64,000 bases of DNA, from NCBI RefSeq assembly GCF_009914755.1, contig NC_060938.1, one strand, 5' to 3'. The DNA comes from the human T2T-CHM13v2.0 reference genome, Homo sapiens. Shown piece by piece: positions 57,929 through 64,000 of the stretch (the first letter of the stretch is position 1; the number at the start of each line of letters is the position of its first letter). The position numbers and the translations under genes are program-made. The notes beneath the pieces are model-generated. The model saw only the letters and a program-made list of their open reading frames with translations, had not been told where the DNA came from and did not search any database.

Positions 57929-58729
57929 TGACCCCGATAGCCTGGTTGCTCAGCCATTCAACAGGGAATGAATTTTGATGTAATTAATAATGAGAAAAGA
58001 ACATTAACTTTAAATATAATGACAGATATCTACCAAAAAATCCTGCGAAACAAACAAACAAATCAACAACCTCCAGGTCCTAGGAGGTTGTTTATGTATA
58101 TATATTATTAAATCAAAGAAGAAACCTATGGCTAATGGAGTTTTTGATGCCCTTGTTCACCTTTTTGCCCTGCTTAATTGTAGGTATAATTTTCTGAAAA
58201 TGAGAGAGAGAGATATTTTTGCAAGGTTGACTTTTCTCCAAGTTATTGTAGGATTGCACACTGATGTTCTGAGAATCTACTTATTTGTTCACATTATTGT
58301 TATTTACAAAGGTGATTTGAGGTGGTTTTCAAGGGGATTTAACTGAATTCAGGTGTCTGATTTACGTTCCCGATGAAAGACTTAAAATCAAGTGTTAGAG
58401 ATGGTAATACTTGTTGTTTGGGCTTTTGGTGGCCCTTGGTGGGCTTATTCTAAGCCCAAAATACATGGTAACAATAATAAAAACAATGAAAGTAGATAGT
58501 AAGTAAATTTTTTAAAATGGGAATTGGTATCATAGGTGCTGTATATCACAGATAGCAGAGAATGTTTAAGTGTTGGTAAGTGAATGATTTGAATGTAAAA
58601 GCAGCACAACATACGGAAGCATTAATAGAATAAAAGGTGAAACAACTGAAATATTTGACACTCCTTCCCATTCGATCCCTGAAATAAGCACTTACGTGAA
58701 GTATAAATGGATAATCAGTATTAAATAAC

Positions 58730-59460
58730 ATTTATTTATTTGATAAATATTTGATGAGTAACTACTCTGTGCCAGACACTGTACTTTCTGTTAATAATAC
58801 AGGAACCAACACAAAACCAGGTCTCAGGGAACTTACTACAATCTAGACATGGAAATCCATTCATTTTATTGAACAAATAATTATGGAGTGTCTACTATTA
58901 GGCAGGCATTATTCTAGGCGCTTTTGGTGAAGCAGTAAAGAAAACATGAAAATCATTACTATCTTGGAGCTTACATTCTAATTGTTGGGGAAAGACCCCA
59001 AAACTGCCTTACAGGGTAATAAGTGCTAAAGTAGAACAAATACAGAGAGCTGTGGGGACACACAGAAAGGGTCTCTAACCTCAACGGGATGTGGGCAAGT
59101 TTGGGAAGGGGTATTTGTTAAGGCAGATTCTCAAGTAAGTGACATTTAAGCTGATACCTGAAGGATATATACACACTAGATGTCAGAAATGGGTGAGGCA
59201 TGAGTGAATAAAGTGTGAGTTGCAAGGCAGAACGTACTGCAGGCAGAAGATAGCATGATAGTATTTAGGAATTGGAAAAAGTCCAATGTAGCCAGACATT
59301 GGAGTGAGAGGAGGAGAGTAGCCAGAGGTGAGCAGAGAGGCTGATAGGCCTGGGAAGGAGTTTGGATTTTATCCTAACAGCAAAGGGACGCCAGGCACAG
59401 GCTTTAGATGGAGAAGCCACTTGATGAGATTTGCCTGTTCAGAGCATCTCAAAAACCCAG
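58730..59460 (-). mobile_element. L2 fragments
   Basis: Two L2 3'-end starts (tactctgtgccagacactgtac; tactattaggcaggcattattctaggc) and GA-rich body. Confidence 0.7.
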
Positions 59461-59884
59461 CAAACTGACAGCCACTTCCACCCATCCCCGTGGCCATTGC
59501 CCCGAGAAAGGTTCAGTCAAACCTGTCTTCACTGAAATAGCTCAGCCTATGCCCACTACAACCAGAGCAACTTTCATCTTAGCGTACCAAGATGTCTCTG
59601 TCTGAGGGCATTCATTCTTCAGTCCATCCTTGCAATGATATGGTCATGCTTCCATTCTTTCAGCAGTCTGTTATGGGATGCCTGCTGCCCTCCAGGCACT
59701 GTCCTAAGTACTGGGGAAGTAGCTCTCTTGAAACTCCCATTCTAGTAGACCATGGCATTCTGTGTAGGAAACAAAAGATCACAGAAAAAAAAAATCATTC
59801 CGGTCTATAGATTACTACTTATCCAGCACCGGCTGCTGGTCAGACATTGTTTAGCTGCTTATGATATTATCTAATTTTTTTTAG

Positions 59885-60100
59885 CCCTCTCCTAATTGAA
59901 GACAATCTATGGACCAGGCACCATATTAGGTTTTACAGATGTTTTCTCAATTAAACCTTACAAAAATATTGGGAAGTCAGTTGTCCTATTTCTGTTCTAC
60001 AAATGAGGAGTGGGACATAGAGTTTAAGTAACATGCCTAAATTCACACAAATAATAAGGGCACAGATTGAATTTGAGCCCCACATTTTTCTACTTTAACT
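59885..60100 (-). mobile_element. MIR
   Basis: ctgttctacaaatgaggagtgggacatagagtttaagtaacatgcctaaattcacac. Confidence 0.7.
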
Positions 60101-60295
60101 GTGTTACATCACTTTTTTCAGTTCAGTTCTTTAATTAAACATTAGGTAAAGCATTAGAAATTGTCTGCAATGCCTACTGCAAGACATACCAAAGAGTATC
60201 ATCAGTATTGAAATGGCACTATAACCCCAAATATTCTTAATGAAAATTGTATGGATTTTATTAACTTAGAAGCTCAAAGATGAAATGCTTTCTTA

Positions 60296-60685
<390 letters not shown>

Positions 60686-60728
60686 TTAAAAAGGAAAATT
60701 TACTTATAGAAAAATTACAGTAACATGT

Positions 60729-61090
<362 letters not shown>

Positions 61091-61451
61091 TTATTTACAG
61101 GTTTTGGTGAACTTTAAAACCTATAATTAAGATCATATTGTATGTAATTACACAAGGCTCCTCCCAACTATTTATGATAAAAGATGTCAAACACAGGAAA
61201 GTTTAAAGAATCACTATTAACACACAGGGTTAATGATTGTTAGTAATTCACCATAATTTTAACTTCACATATATGTGTAGGAATTATATATTATTTTCTA
61301 AACATAGTTAACATAGGAATATTTACAGCTCATACAAAGAAGATCAAATAATAAGAATTTGGTGATCTACAATGTTTTTTCCTTTTTGGTTTATTAGTGT
61401 ATATCAACAACAACTGCTCCAATTATTTTGGCCTTAAAGTTGGAAAGAATT

Positions 61452-61795
<344 letters not shown>

Positions 61796-62389
61796 TTAAA
61801 ATGACTTTTTCTCCTGTTTAAAAAAAATGCAAAAAATTGTAACTTAAGTTTCTTGACAATGAAAATAGCCATTATGTTGTTCTATGCTTTTCTGCTTCTG
61901 TGGGAGAGAAAGAAATTATTTAGCAATTTTCCTGTTACAGTGTCCCAACTAGAAAATAATTTAGCCTTTGTTAGTAAGGAACAGCAGCAGTTATTGTTCA
62001 GTTTCCATTTGAACTATAGGACAAAAGATGTTACACAAGATGTACATCTCCAAGAAACAGACTCCACATTTCCAAGACAGGGACTGTACCTTTCTAAGAC
62101 ACAGACTGTTGCAAAAGCAGATAGAGAATAACTCAAGACAGTACTACAAGGTGAAATTTTGGTCTAGGCTACCAAATATCACATCAGTACATTGGATTTT
62201 TGAGATGTATACAAGTTAAGTGCAAGAAGGTCTACCAGTTCTTTTATGTCACATTGAGTTCTTAGTTATCTGTTTTATTAACTCAATCTTATCTCTACAT
62301 AATTAAAAATGTTTTAAAACTTTTTTACCTGTGCCTTGTGTACATGCAGATAATCACAAATTTATAAGTGTTCATGGACCACCTCCTAC

Positions 62390-64000
62390 CATATGTTCCC
62401 TCTTACACCCCAAAGGTAACTACTGACATGACTTCCAATACCCAAGATTAGTTTTGTCTGTTTTAGAATTTTATAGAAATGGAATAATCCATTATTTATT
62501 TGTATGTGTGTGTTGTGTGTATGTGATTTGTTCATGGTGTTGAGGATAACTGTACTTTGTTTTTTTATTGCTGTGCCTATTCTACCAAATGAATGTACCA
62601 TAGTTTACCTATCCATTCTATTATTAGTGGACTTTTGGATTAATCCCACTTTCTGGCTTTTATATATAATGTTCCTGTGAACATCCTTGTATATGTCTTT
62701 TGGTGCATACTTGCATACATTTCTGTTAGGTGCCTAAGGTGGAATTCCTGGATTGGAGGATGTACATATATCCAACTTTAATGGATAATGGCAAACAGCT
62801 TTCCAAAGTAGCTGTATTAATTTGTCCTCTCATTAATAGTGTATGAGAGTTCTTTTTGTCTTATTTTCCACATTTTGGTTATTATTTGTTTTGATGGTTT
62901 TAAAAATTTTAGCCATTTTCAAGGGTGTGTAGAAGTATCTTATGATTATAATTTGCATTTCCCTGATTACTAGTGAAGCTGAACATTTCTTCCTATGTTT
63001 ATTTGCCATTTGAACATCCTCTTATATGATCTTGGTCAGTTATATATGTTGCAAATATCTTGTTTTTTTATTTTCTGAATAATGTCTTATCATTAAATAA
63101 AGTTATTTTAATATTATCAACTTAGCATTCTTTGTCTTCATATTTAATCCTTTTCATGTCCTATCTAAGAAAATCCTTCCCTACCCCAAAATTATAATGC
63201 TTTTTTGTCATCTTCTATAATCTTTGTTTTTCATCTTTTAGATGTATCTGGAATTAATTTTTCTATATGGTATGAGGTAACGGCCAATCTCTTCTCTTAT
63301 GGATAGCCAGTTGGCTCAACATTATTTATTGAAAATATTATTCTTTCCTTACTATTCTGTGGTACCATTTTTGTCATAAATCAAGTGTCTATTTAAAAAT
63401 GATTCTGTCTCTGGATTCTTAGTTCAACTGGTTTATTTCTCCTTTTACCAATACCATACTCTTTTAATTACTGTAGCTTAATAATAAAATTTTAAATCCA
63501 CCTGTGCAAGTCCTTTACCTTGTTATTATTGCTCTCTTCATCTTCCTTGTCTTCACCTACCTTCTCCTCTTTCTGTTCTTTCTCCTCCTCCTCCTTCATT
63601 TCTTCCTCCTCCTTCAATAATATCTTGCCTATTCCTAGCTGTTTGCTAAGTTAAAAAATTTGTCAAGTTAAACATATACAAACACTCATACTGCTAGGAT
63701 TTTGATTGGGATTGTCTTGAGTCTGTGTTGAGATAATCTTGATCAATTTGGGAAACTGACTTCTTTATAATATTGAATCTTCCAATCCATGAACATGGTA
63801 TATCTCTTCATTTATTTAGGCTTTTTTAAGTTGCCCTCAATCCTTTTTCTAGTTTTCTACTAGATGTAGATGTGTAGATGTCTTGCATATCTCTCATGTA
63901 GTTTATTCCTAGATATTTATTTTTAGAATATTATTGTCAATTATATATGTTCTAAAAATTACATTGTCTAACTCTTTGTTGCTAGTATGTAGATGCAATT
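62390..64000 (-). mobile_element. Old L1M 3' region, running off the window
   Basis: gaacatccttgtatatgtcttttggtg, tttgcatttccctgattactagtgaagctgaacattt, ttccaatccatgaacatggtatatctcttcatttatttagg. Confidence 0.85.

Overview
Primate (human-like) genomic DNA, AT-rich and repeat-dense. The window lies inside the + strand gene UNC79 (NALCN channel-complex scaffold). Six internal coding exons with canonical AG/GT boundaries (26989-27109, 33405-33709, 36874-37044, 46972-47064, 55730-55785, 56476-56605; 876 nt) splice into one open frame, (F)ASKIRYLQEYHNRVLHNIYPVPSG...GAISEYRGLQYT(A). This matches my recollection of UNC79 residues ~8-300. The first coding exon and the rest of the gene lie outside the window. 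The remainder is intron: about 26 Alu/Alu-monomer copies, old and young L1 fragments, L2, MIR, MER3/MER5 DNA transposons, MaLR LTRs (including one full LTR-int-LTR provirus) and microsatellites. Nearly all other ORFs in the track are repeat artefacts. I see no evidence of a novel multi-gene system. The best leads concern splicing and retrotransposition: an in-frame internal acceptor removing 53 aa, an in-frame candidate exon or recursive-splice site at ~14.36-14.41 kb, candidate poison exons, Alu-flanked stop-free exon circles, a 66-bp TSD-flanked retro-insert, and template-switch repair scars. Repeat subfamily calls and old-repeat boundaries are by eye and approximate.
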